This document shows, piece by piece, positions 25,420 through 37,021 of a stretch of 64,000 nucleotides of DNA (positions are counted from its first letter, which is position 1; the number at the start of each line of letters is the position of its first letter). The position numbers were made by a program, and so were the translations under genes. The DNA comes from Diadema antillarum (taxonomy: Eukaryota). The stretch spans positions 744,001 to 808,000 of the forward strand of contig NW_027271052.1 of NCBI RefSeq assembly GCF_040938485.1, read 5' to 3'. Under the pieces are notes generated by a model. It did no database searches, was not told the origin of the DNA, and saw nothing but the letters and a program-made list of their open reading frames with translations.

Positions 25420-25636
25420 CTGCATCTTATCATCCATTTATGTATTTGTTGTACAAAGTAATAGTTAACGCATTTACTTGAATGAGACGGGAATAAATCT
25501 AACAATAATGAACAAGGTCAAATTAAAGTAATATTCAAAAATAGTTTTATGGTGTCATGGAATGACACGAATATAAATTGTGTTTGTAATGCCCATTTTA
25601 CAACAACTTTATAGATTTATTGGCGTTTCTTTGGCA

Positions 25637-25798
25637 CAGTGTATTTACTCCCGTTATAACGAAGTCCTCGGGCCAGCAGTTTTCTTTCGAACAGAATGGT
25701 GTATAAAGATATGAGATGATAATTTTAGGACATTTTATCTTGATTTCCTTGCAAGGAGAATTTCGTTAAAACGTGTTTGTTATAACGGGAGTGCATTG
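25637..25798. mobile_element. pogo/Tigger-like MITE remnant
   Basis: CAGTG...CTCCGTTATAACGAA and inverse TTATAACGGGAGTGCATTG|TA. Confidence 0.45.
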
Positions 25799-26718
25799 TA
25801 CGCCACAATCGAAGTTATATTGGTTCTCCGCTCGGCAAACACATTAAACTTGGCAAATACACTACCCATATTGATTTACTAATCTACTCAAAGGCTCTCT
25901 GGCTCAACACATCTTAAGAAAAATGTATAATTTCGGTAAGATGCCAACTTACTAGAGTAACGTAAATCAACGAGGTTCTTCCCTGTGAATGTAGAACAAC
26001 GAGCTCTTCAATTCCACTGGAGATCTACTGATAACTTGGCTACACATTGGAGATAGAGTAGTTTTGGTACATAATAATTTTACTAATGCCAAGCTATATA
26101 GGGCCTATGTCTTTCCAACAGCGGTGTTCAAACACAAATCTGTTTTGTCTATGTTATATAATCTTCACAATGCTAGGAAGAAAACATAACATACACTACT
26201 TTACTATGAAGTAAATTTGCCAGCATTTCTTGTTACAATGTTTACCAATTATTCCTTGTTACTATGACATCAGCTCTGCTACCTCCAATCAACCTTGAGC
26301 ATTGTTCTGCTTGTATACAAATGATGCACTGGATAGAGTGCGTTAGTGGAGATGTAGCGCACTCGAGGGTATTTACAATTGTGAAACATGCACGAGGCGA
26401 AGCCGAGTGCATGTTGCACTACATTGTAAATACCCGAGAAATAATCCTGTGCATCATTTGTTTTATAAAATGGGTCGAAAACTAACAACATTTTTCACGT
26501 ACCTTTGTGGCCCCAAACATACGCACGTCGCACTCGCAAATCCCGCACATATAAGTACTGTACGTATAAGAGTATACGTACGCCACACATGTTATGCACA
26601 CGAGAAAGGCCGGCCAGCAGCCCAAACTAGAAGTTGTTTGCAGGATTGACAGCGCGTATAGTAGCGCGCGACGCACTTGTAACAACTGATTGAGTGCGCA
26701 CTGCTAGTGTAAACATTG

Positions 26719-26803
26719 TGACGTCAGGCCGTGTATGTTAGTGAGAAATTAGTATACGCACACGTGACTCATTTCAGCGCTTCCAATTGGCTACATTCTT
26801 GAA
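26719..26803 (+). promoter_or_regulatory. Promoter motif cluster: CRE TGACGTCA (26719-26726), E-box CACGTG (26761-26766), palindromic CCAATTGG (26783-26790), CHR variant CTTGAA (26798-26803)
   Basis: Motifs read directly, clustered within about 130 nt upstream of the predicted ATG at 26845 and downstream of a CpG-containing stretch. Confidence 0.5.
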
Positions 26804-26844
26804 CCCATTTTATAATTTGTTTTAATGGAAACTTGAAAATTAGA

Positions 26845-26860
26845 ATGACTGCAAATTTCG
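26845..26860 (+). CDS. Acidic orphan gene exon 1 (MTANF)
   Basis: ATG ACT GCA AAT TTC G|gtatga; phase-1 donor fits exon 2 across a 112-nt intron. Confidence 0.55.
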
Positions 26861-26972
26861 GTATGACGTTGTTACCATGCCAACAATTCCTATTACTCTC
26901 TCTTGTCCGAGATACTTTGTCAAAGTTTGTCAGATTTGTCCTTAATTACTCTGCGACCTATCTCCATTTTAG

Positions 26973-27136
26973 CGAAGATCAACAACAGCCCACTTCGACC
27001 GGCTTCAACATCACCGCAAAAGAGAAAGCGGGACGACCGCGATGCGTCCGATGTCGAATTCGACGACGAGAACGAAGTTGCCAAGTTGCTCGAGGAAGAT
27101 GCTGACTACGATTCGCAGCAAGATGACGATTTCAAG
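26973..27136 (+). CDS. Acidic orphan gene exon 2 (AKINNSPLRPASTSPQKRKR...DDDFK)
   Basis: Acceptor ccattttag|CG, donor AAG|gtaagg; GC-rich coding-like composition. Confidence 0.8.
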
Positions 27137-27184
27137 GTAAGGTATTCAAAGAAGTGAATGGAAAGGAAGACAAGAGAAAGTTAA

Positions 27185-27550
27185 AAGTACTGTTTACCAT
27201 TGGGAGCAGTGATTTTAAAAAAAATCAAGATATCACATTTGATGCATGTGTGTAGGTCAGGTGTATCACAAGACATCCTACAATATAAGAATTCCCCAAT
27301 AAAGCCTAAAATATGAGGAGACATCACTAACTTTCATTTTCTAATCAAACCATAACTGTAGACGGTTTAGTCTAGTAACATTTTTTATTACAACCATTAT
27401 TCTAATTTTGTAGTATTTGAAATACTTAACATTGATTATACTGATTTAAATTTTTACATTGGTTGTTTCTATTCCTGACTCACATTTTAGAACTATTTTG
27501 AAGCACTAAAGCTGAGTTTTTGTTTCATCTGCAAATGCTAAATCATGACT
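27185..27550. mobile_element. TTAA-flanked (Kolobok-like) MITE, family 1, copy 2
   Basis: TTAA at 27181-27184 and 27551-27554; the segment TTTGTTTCATCTGCAAATG is the reverse complement of CATTTGCAGATGAAACAAA in the copy at 14359. Confidence 0.7.
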
Positions 27551-28162
27551 TTAACACTAAATCTTCCAAGCTGTAGAAGAATAGACCAGCAATACAGACT
27601 CAGAGGACTCCGAGCTACAGCACACTATACTAGCTGATATGATAGCTACGGACACTCAGAAACTAAAGCATGCTTCTTGCTTACCAACATTGTGACTGCG
27701 TTTCTGGCAACTTATTATTGTAAACCCTTCATGAAGCAGGTGCAAAATCTCAAACCAGCTTACATCTGATGGACTATTGATATGCCAAAGTAATCGACTT
27801 TAAAAAGAAAGAAAGAAAGAAAGAAAAGACGTGGTGTTACTTTTTCAATAGAATTGAAAAAGACCCTCATAAACACATTATAGCTCTAGACCAGACCAAG
27901 CTTTTTCTTTCCTTTTAAGAGTAGACTAGCTTCTTGTTTTATCTGATCTGACTACATAAAGTGAATAGTAGTGTGTGCTTTTGATCAGGTCGCTTTGTAG
28001 CGATGTATAATCTATCTCATGACAGTGCGGCTTTATGTGTGATGGCAACCAAACGCTTGCGACATTAACAGTGTAAGCTTTGGTTCGATTCATCTTTGCT
28101 CTTTCTCAACCTCCTTTGCCCTCGACCCATATCGCGTATCGTGGTCAATGACCACCGAGTAG

Positions 28163-28333
28163 CCTGGGGAAGAGAGTTCGTGCAGCGATGAGTACGCCGA
28201 GGGCGACACCGAGGGCGAGCTGTCCAAACTGAGCATCGAAGACGTGTCCGAGCCTCGCCCCTCCTCGCTCCGGAATCTCACCGTTGTCGATGACGGTGAG
28301 AAGAAGGATAAGGGTTCGAAGAAAGCCGACAAG
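28163..28333 (+). CDS. Acidic orphan gene exon 3 (PGEESSCSDEY...KKADK)
   Basis: Acceptor gagtag|CCT (exact 5' boundary less certain), donor AAG|gtaagg; 57 codons, phase 0 to 0; strong C/G3 codon bias. Confidence 0.75.
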
Positions 28334-28357
28334 GTAAGGAGAGGGTGACAATAATTA

Positions 28358-28624
28358 CGTTCAGACGGTGATCCTTAACCTCGAGGATAAGCTAACTTCG
28401 AGGATAAGCTCTATGAGGCGCCAAGTGTCGCACGATCGATTTCGTTAGGAAATCAGTCATTTGTAATTCGTCAACGAAATTATCATTTATGTCGACGAAA
28501 TGACTGATTTCTTGACGAAATTGCCATTTCGTCGTCGAAATGACTAATTTCATAACTAAATCGACCATGCGACACTTGGCGTCCCATAGTACCCACCCTA
28601 AGGTTAAGGATCACCGTCTAAACG
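28358..28624. mobile_element. Foldback MITE with TA target site
   Basis: TA|CGTTCAGACGGTGATCCTTAACCT...AGGTTAAGGATCACCGTCTAAACG|TA (24-bp TIR, one mismatch), plus inner inverted arms at about 28411-28462 and 28536-28589. Confidence 0.8.
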
Positions 28625-28960
28625 TAACTACTACAATTCTTTCATAGCTTTACAAATCGAAGCACGTTAGCAATGTTTTCATTATACTTTCTCTGTGGCG
28701 CTTTGCTTTGTTTTTTTTTCCCCTAGACATGGAAAACATGTCACATGTTCTTAATGGTCCGGATTTTAACCTTTCTTGACCATCGACCAACATTTCCATT
28801 GTTGTAATGGCCAAAACCATTACTTCTGAGGATGTTTTGTTTCCAATTAACACTCCAGTCAGTCTTTATACCACCAACACACATATTGTACGGTTGACAC
28901 AATGATAGAATCCCTCCCCCCATACATGGTATTGACGTGTGTGATATGTATCAATAATTA

Positions 28961-29625
28961 TTGTATACCCCAGTGTTACGCAGCCGCAGCCACTGCGTCA
29001 CGTAATAGTGTGACTTAACCTCGTTTCTTGACAGATTTTATTCAAATTTGGAATGTAGGCATAGATAAATGTGAATAACGATCAAGCCGCTAATGGCCTG
29101 TGGTGGGAGCGCCATCACTTGTTCCGTCTTTACACACAAAACGATCGATTGGTTCAAGGGTCTGCCCAGTTGTTTGCGCTCAACTAGCCACAATTCTTGA
29201 TGGATTTAGTTCAAATTTGGTACGGATGTTTAACATACCGGTAGTCAAATATGAATCTCATTATTTAAAGTGACCCTAATTATTACGCTTTCAAAGGGTC
29301 AAAGATTGTCACCATGTTATACTTCTTGCTATCCTCATTTCTTTGTGGGTTTCCCTTAAGATTTGTATGGAGGTGAATCATGGTGAAAATGAGGTCCCTT
29401 TTACTTAATTTATGGGTTTTGTAATGCTGTCCCACTGTTGCGCTATATATAAGGTCAAAGGTCATATTTTGGTTGATGTCTTGTGTGTGGCCTATGAGCT
29501 GTAGTTTCTTTTTCTTTTCTTTTCTTTTTCTTTCGGACGGATAATGGCATATTGTACTCGGGTGTGTAATGCAGGTCGTCATGGTATACTTTTAAAACCT
29601 ATATTCTAACGACCCAGGGGAGGTA
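28961..29625 (+). mobile_element. Possible Helentron-associated (HINE/pearl-like) non-autonomous element
   Basis: Starts TTGTATACCCC; contains TTCAAATTTGG twice and GGTCAAAGGTCA; ends near GGTATAC / GGGGAGGTATTC. The family assignment is inference. Confidence 0.35.
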
Positions 29626-30026
29626 TTCACTTCCGCTGCGTGGCAACGGAAAGCAAATACCGTTCGTCGACGGTCATACAACAATGACATGTGCCTTTGT
29701 CTTATGATATTCATAATATTATGTAAAACAGTTTGAGTCTCATTAAAATGGAAAAAAAGTCTCTTTGTTTCCTGCGGAAGCTACCTACATTGCACTATAT
29801 TGTCACCATTCAACCTAATCACCACATCATGACATACAAAATGTTCCGCTCCATTCTACGTAGATCGCACCTAAACTATCACAACAATGCGCTGAGAGGT
29901 CTGATAGCGATAACTTGCTGCGTACCACTTTATTCGCGTTAGTTTTGTTCTAGGCGCATCACCCTATTACGTTCGCTAATGTTAAGCCTAACCTTTTGTA
30001 CATAATTATTATGCCACTCCTCGTAG

Positions 30027-30140
30027 GCCGACATCGAAGAGAAGACTGTGATTACCCCAGCCGTGGTCGTCCCGAAGTGCATCGACGAGCCGATCTCCAA
30101 GCCGGAGATCACACCTGCCACTGTGGGTGTCATGGGCTAG
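30027..30140 (+). CDS. Acidic orphan gene terminal exon 4 (ADIEEKTVITP...VGVMG*)
   Basis: Acceptor ctcctcgtag|GCC in phase 0; TAG at 30138-30140; AATAAA at 30421 and 31109. Total protein 154 aa. Confidence 0.75.
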   Translation, partial: ADIEEKTVITPAVVVPKCIDEPISKPEITPATVGVMG

Positions 30141-31419
30141 ATCACGTCCGGTGAAATAGCGCCCTCTACGTTGGCGATCAAGGCAGACTTGAGTCGGCGA
30201 TGCGGCTGCGATCCACTTCAAGAGAAACTTGTTCAACCACACGATGTAGAGTGAAATACAACTTCGGGCTACTGGGTTAACATCATGCACTTTGGATCTA
30301 ATGTGTAGGATACACTGTGGGAAACAAATCTCACTGACTGTTGATCATACGTAGCAGTTTTTGAGTATTCAGTGATAGTAGAGGTATGTCATTAGTCAGT
30401 TTTGTTGCTACATACGTAATAATAAATAACCCTTTGAAGTAAATTTAGAGTATCAAATTGAAGTTAATGATGTTTCACTATCATGCAAACATGATTTCCC
30501 GTTTTGCATGTTCGTTCTGTAAAACCTAATCTGTGCTGTGATTATCAACGAGAATAATCTCGCATGCCACGCTTTCCGTACATTCAGTGACGATAGCTAC
30601 AATAATGCGTAATTTTGCAGATCTGGAGGATGAAATAATTATGTAATGGCTCGGTTATGTTATACGAGAAAGCTTTGGTCTGCTCAAAAACTTAACATGC
30701 CGGCATAATTAGAGACTTCTTCGAGAGCGAAACTGTTTGATTTAGATACTATAATTGTTAATTGATTGTAATAACGAAAAGACAGTAATGGAAATTACAT
30801 GAATATGTGTTTTAACCGTTGTACCAAATTATGTTTGACCTGAAAGAAATCTTCGTTCTATTTTGTTATCAGTGTTTGTGCGTAACCATGTGGATGTTTA
30901 AATTCTATTTCGTCGATTGTTTATAAGTGGCTTTTTGTTGCTCTGGATCTGATCTATTAATGGAAACACAAGAATATGATTTATTTAGTAAAAAGTGTTA
31001 TTTATAGCTTTTGTTTATAGATCTGAATTTATCAAATTTATTGTAAATTTTGTGTGATTGATTACAGTAATGTTGGTTGTGCTTTAAGAATGTTTTGATT
31101 GATGCTGGAATAAAGAACAAGGACATTATTTTTTTTCACATTGTTTATTCGTTTTCATGTAAGACACTTTGCTACCAGGCTCACGTTATCAACAGATTAC
31201 ATATGTATTATAATCATATAAAAAGAGCATTGATAAATTTCAGAAACATAAATCTCGTAATATACAAAATAAGGTATTGCATGAATAACATTAAGGCTGC
31301 CTGTCAAACAACACATTGACAATTGATTACACGGCAGAATGCTATCACATTTTACAACAGTTTGATATTCAAGAGGGAAGAAGAGGTTAATATTTTGTTT
31401 TGCTTTCTATGTGTATGCC

Positions 31420-31440
31420 TCTGTGTGTGTGTGTGTGTGT

Positions 31441-31471
<31 letters not shown>

Positions 31472-31610
31472 AGTGAGTGAGTGAGAATGTGTGGGTGTGG
31501 TGGTGTATAATATAAAATATAAGAGTATGTGGGGGTGGTGTGTGTGTGAGAGAGAGTGTGTGTATGAGAGTGTGGGTGGTGTGTGTGTGTGTGTGTGTGT
31601 GGGAGTGTGT
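31420..31610. repeat. Compound (GT)n/(GA)n microsatellite
   Basis: Read directly. Other (CA/GT)n runs lie near 8345, 12685, 32088, 48525, 49460, 61175, 62095 and 63605. Confidence 0.9.
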
Positions 31611-32084
31611 CTGTCTCGGGTAACGAGGTGGATGTGGTGTAGAGGGTGGGGAGGTGGTTTAGAGATGAGAGGGACGGTTTCTTTTTTTTTGGGGGGGTGA
31701 AGTAATGAGTAGTTGAGGGTTGGGTATGGTGGAAAGGTGGGAATGAAGGTGGTTTTTGTTGTTATTATTATTTTTTGATATAATAGAAATGTCATTTCCT
31801 GTTTTTCTAGTGTTTGGCTAAATTGCCTACAATTGCATATGAATTTTTCTTGTTTGTTTTGTAGTTAAAAAGGAATGATCGGATAATTCATTATATTTTC
31901 CTTCTTCTGTTTGATTTCTGCCTTAAAATGAATTGAATGATTATTCTTGTTTTATGGATTATATGTCTCATAATTGTAGGAACATTTATGACAGATGTTA
32001 TATAGAATTTGCGGGTTTTTTTTTGGAATTGTTATATTTTCAAAGGAAATGGAATTAATAAAAAGATCACTGAAAACAAAAAAA

Positions 32085-32141
<57 letters not shown>

Positions 32142-33410
32142 GGCGTGGCTAGTTCACATTTCGGATGTTAGCTTTAAGAGAGAAGAAAAAGTAGAATACT
32201 ACATGACAGTACGACTAAAACGAGGAAAACGTTGGAGAGGATATGTGAATATGCGGAAAAAAAAGCGAAGTACCTTTTCGAAGTAAACAAATGAAGTTAT
32301 AGATGAAGAGAAAAATCGATCTTTTTAACCCTAGACTCCTATAGACGGATCAATTCATAAAAAATCTAAAATATGACACACCAGATTTCTGTAAGCAATG
32401 AGATGGTTTTCTTTACCCATCAGAGTCACAAAGTCAACACGTTTTTCAAGTAGCGCATCATACAAAAATATATCTGTTCATCAGGAGACATGATTTATAA
32501 ACATGACAAACTGCAATCATTGCAAGGAAAAACGGTTGTTTTGATGATTCTGAAGAACGTACACGCCGACATAATGTTTAACCATTAATCTGCATTCTAA
32601 TATGATTAACTTCAAAACATTAATTACAGCTTTCAACTATTAAGTTCATCAGATTTTACCATTCCACTAACGCTCTATTCTCTTTCGCAAACACCCAATT
32701 CCGCACAGTAATTTACTGTTCTGTAGAATGATGATAATTAAACAAGAATGAACGATTACGTCAATTTACGAGGTTATGAAGCTTTTCTTGCGAAAAGTTT
32801 AAAGACAAAACCCCAATGTAATTGCCTCTGCATAACATCTCACATTATCTCCTAGTTTTGCCTCTGTATTTACAGTCGAATGATATAAATGCCCCTCACC
32901 ACCCCCCCCCCCCAAAAAAAAATGGAGAGGCACACCTAACATCATCACAACAGTTGGTAGTTTGCTAATGGCGGTAAAAACCTGTAATATTATTTGTTTT
33001 TTTAATTATCATACACTGAACTGATTGTAAAGAGCTAGTAACGGGAAGTCGACTTAGTNNNNNNNNNNNNNNNNNNNNNNNNNNNNNNNNNNNNNNNNNN
33101 NNNNNNNNNNNNNNNNNNNNNNNNNNNNNNNNNNNNNNNNNNNNNNNNNNNNNNNNNNNNNNNNNNNNNNNNNNNNNNNNNNNNNNNNNNNNNNNNTGCA
33201 GGTTGTGATAGTAAGTTACAGTAATGATATGGAAGTGGTTGTTCTAGTAGATAACACTTGGAACACAAAGATCATTTCATGTCACTCTCGCAGTGATATC
33301 AGAAGTATAGTATCAGTAAAACAGTATCCGTCCGGTTGCAGTGTAGTAGCTCCTATAGGTAACCATAGATATTGACAAAGTCAAAGTATTCATTGTTTTA
33401 GCCAGAATTA

Positions 33411-33749
33411 TGGGAGTAGTAGCAGAAGTAGTGATAGCAGTAGTGGTGGTGGTGGTGGTAGTAGTTGTAGTAGTATAAGAAGTAACAGTAGAAGTAGTAG
33501 TAGTGGAAGTATAAGTGGAAGTAGTAGTAGAAGTAGTAATAGTGGTAGAAACAGTATAGTAATTAGTAGTAGCTCGTAGTAGCAGTAGTAATACAGTAGT
33601 AGTAGTATTAGTTGTTGTAGTTGTAGTAGCAATGGTAGTCGAAGTAGTAGTAGTAGTAGGTAAGTAGTAATAATAATAATAGCAGTTGTAGTAGTAGCAG
33701 TAGTAGTAGTAGTAGTAGTAATAGTAGTAACAGTAGTAGAAGTAGCAGT

Positions 33750-33784
<35 letters not shown>

Positions 33785-33790
33785 TAGTCA
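33411..33790. repeat. Degenerate (AGT)/(AGC) trinucleotide array, about 380 bp
   Basis: Read directly; it explains the poly-Y/T/L pseudo-ORFs. Confidence 0.9.
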
Positions 33791-36301
33791 TAGTTTACTT
33801 TCACAAAGTGATACGTTGATAACAAAAGTTGCTAGCAGTAATTCATAATGAACTGAAAGTGGTTGTTGTCGTTTTTTCTGCAAATACGCTATAATCTTCT
33901 TCCGCGGTCATCTGGCGGTTGTCTATAATCGTCAACTGGTACGCAATGCATTGCACGTGTTACACAACTCGAAATTTACGCATTAATTGTGAATGGATTA
34001 TCAAAATTGTCTACCGTCTTCAAGGAAAAAACGACAACAACAACACGCACAATGACATGGATTCTGTATTCGCCTTTTGTGCTATTCATCCTGCAAGTAT
34101 TAGATCAATATATATTGTGTGAAGAGTTTCACACGAGTTATATGCAAGAAGCTCTGTGGTGTTTGAAGCTTCTTGGTATATGCCGCCTTTGTCGGAAAAC
34201 AGAACTTGTCTTTGGTATCGCCATACACCCACTAAATCTCCATAAGAAGTATAGAGATCTGTGATCACCATCCACCTGGTTGAACAAGCGCCCTCTGTCG
34301 CCTTTATGCGTACATTTCTACGCTTGCCTCCTACCGATACTGCTATAGTAATACATCAAATCCTATGACTACCTCTATAGGAGAAAAGTTTTTCCTGAAG
34401 ATCAAAAAGGTTGCTCTATAGGCATGCCGGTCGTACTGGGAAAGAAGACGTTTTAATAATCGGCCAGCCTATTGTCTTCCCTTTAGACTATTATTATAAC
34501 AGTGTTTACCCGCCTGTTCCCAGTTAATACATGGAGCGCAGTTTGCGTACGTCAGGCATTTTCGGGGGAAGATGCTTTGAATAGGAACCTCTTATGTCAT
34601 GGTTTTCGTACATTTTGAATTTTTATGAATACCTTATCACCATCACTGCCACTCTATAATATGTTCAACCATGTTTGAAAAAAGAAGTAGAAGAAGTAAT
34701 GTCCATGAAGTGGTAAAATACCTAAGCAATATGCAAGTCACCATCATGCAGTTATAATTTTGTGTTTAACAAAAGTGACGGTGGACCCCTCAGTGTGGAC
34801 CCCTGTGAAAACCAGCCTTTGGCTGACGAGGGTGTTCCACCTCATGAGTNNNNNNNNNNNNNNNNNNNNNNNNNNNNNNNNNNNNNNNNNNNNNNNNNNN
34901 NNNNNNNNNNNNNNNNNNNNNNNNNNNNNNNNNNNNNNNNNNNNNNNNNNNNNNNNNNNNNNNNNNNNNNNNNNNNNNNNNNNNNNNNNNNNNNNNNNNN
35001 NNNNNNNNNNNNNNNNNNNNNNNNNNNNNNNNNNNNNNNNNNNNNNNNNNNNNNNNNNNNNNNNNNNNGAATTGAATTGAGTTGAATTGAGTTGAATTGA
35101 GTTGAATTGGGTTGAATTGAATTGAATTGAATTGATTGAATTGACTATAATTAAACAAAGTGTATCTTCAAGGTTAGTACTTGCGTGGTGTCTGTGGGGA
35201 TCTACGTGTTACGTGGAACCTCAGATACCACGATAAATAGTTTTGTTGTTAGCTTCGATCATCCTTCGTTGATTCGTTTTTGTGTTGTTGTTTTGTTCTG
35301 TTGTGGGTTTATTTTTTTGTGCTAACAAAACACTTTTAGTACGTTGCATTACGTTGCTAACGTGTATTACGATCAACGAATTGCATTAATTTCCATATTG
35401 AGAACCGGTTCCGTGTTCCCTAGAGTATAATGTCATTCAAAGTGCAATTATCATCTTGCTTGTGTGTATGTTTTTTTTTTTTGTTTTTTTTTTTGAGGGG
35501 GTACTTTTGTTTTGCTTGTTTTATAACATTCACAAAAGCCTTGAATTGAGGCGACTTTGTTTGGTGTTCTAATTGTTGTTCAAACAAATTAAACAATAAA
35601 AGTATCATACTCCGTGTTGATTCTATTAAGAATTACAGTTTCTGGATTGCTAGAGTAGCATTATGATAGAAACTAAAATCTTGTAGGTAACTTCTACTGT
35701 CTACTTTACGGGAGCTTTTAAGATTCCTGTTGACACCAAGACTAAGAATAATGATTAATTTCGTTTTCATCAGATAACCTCACTCCTAATTTTTCGATGA
35801 CTTGCATGCCGAAGTCAGCATGTTTCATCTGCAAATGAGAATTTGATTTTAAAAAAGAACATAAGAGAATAATACAAGCTTCGACGAAGAGATCACATGA
35901 CTATCAATGAACTCACATTGTAGAGTCTAACAGTTTACCCAAGCCAAACCAAGGATTACAAACGAACAGAAGTCTATTGTCAGTAGGCGTACTTGGGTAT
36001 GCATAATATAGAAACTCTTACATGAATACAATACATAAACATACGGAAATATTGTTGTTGTAATTTTGGTCTTGATTTCGGACTTGACTTGCATCGAGTT
36101 GTTACGACGTGTCACAACGTAACAACGTGTCACGCTGGAGACAAGCTGCTGCGGATTAAAAAGTGTTTGTGGGGGATGCAGTTGACTTCCACAGGTTTGG
36201 TGAATTTCGCGTACGAGGGCGTACACTCGGACCAGTCTCTTTCTACCAACTGGGCGTGTCCGTGTGGTGATATTGCATAACGAAGGCGATGGTGGATGGT
36301 C

Positions 36302-36391
36302 TCATTGGACCTTGTTCGACGTTTCTATGACAACAGATTCCATAGTATCCGACATCCCCCTCTCTCGCGTCTCCAGCCTTGAAGCGTCAAG
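36302..36391 (-). CDS. Amt: Probable Amt terminal exon (LDASRLETRERGMSDTMESVVIETSNKVQ*)
   Basis: Strong pyrimidine tract with ctaac branch-like motif and acceptor gtctacag|CTT; phase 0 matches the upstream exon; TGA at 36304-36302. Confidence 0.6.
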   Translation of the reverse strand, partial: LDASRLETRERGMSDTMESVVIETSNKVQ

Positions 36392-37021
36392 CTGTAGACA
36401 AATGTTAGAAGAGAGAAAGAGTGACAACAATGACAAAGAGAACAAGAGGGAGCCATAGATTGATAGATACAATGAACAGAAATCAACACACGCAATACAA
36501 AAAGAACAGTTAAAAGAAAAAGCAAAGCAAGCAAAACAAATAAAAATGGCTAATAGCATTTCTGATTGATGCCCTCTGCGCAATTAACAAATTGGCCGAT
36601 TGAGAGTCATTTATATTGTATAATGTCGATGCGGCCATAGCACTTTATCACTCTTCTGTCGAAACTCACAGTAGTCGACCAGCAATTTGGTGAGATGGAT
36701 TCGAGATGGGTCTGTCACGTGACCAACCGACAGCCAAGTTGACAGACTAGATGTGAGAAATTAAGTGCTATAATATCCAAATAAATTTTCCCCTATCATT
36801 CACCTGCAGAACGGACTTATCAGCTATCATCTCCCGTCAGACACGGAAAAGGTCAAGAGCGTATATGAATGATTTAGTATTTGGAGCTGGCAAGAGAGGC
36901 TCGGACAATCGATAAATCTGGCGAACATTTTACCCTTTCGCCAGCGTCATGGATAGAAATAAATTGAGAAATTTATGGTCGGGTGGTCAAGATCAATAAA
37001 CTTTATGAAAGTGGAAATAAA

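Noticed and set aside
33313-33825. Long ORFs rich in Y, T or L (also 2085-2420, 3813-4200, 31352-31795, 42740-42977, 16902-17198)
   Set aside because: Translations of microsatellite or low-complexity DNA.
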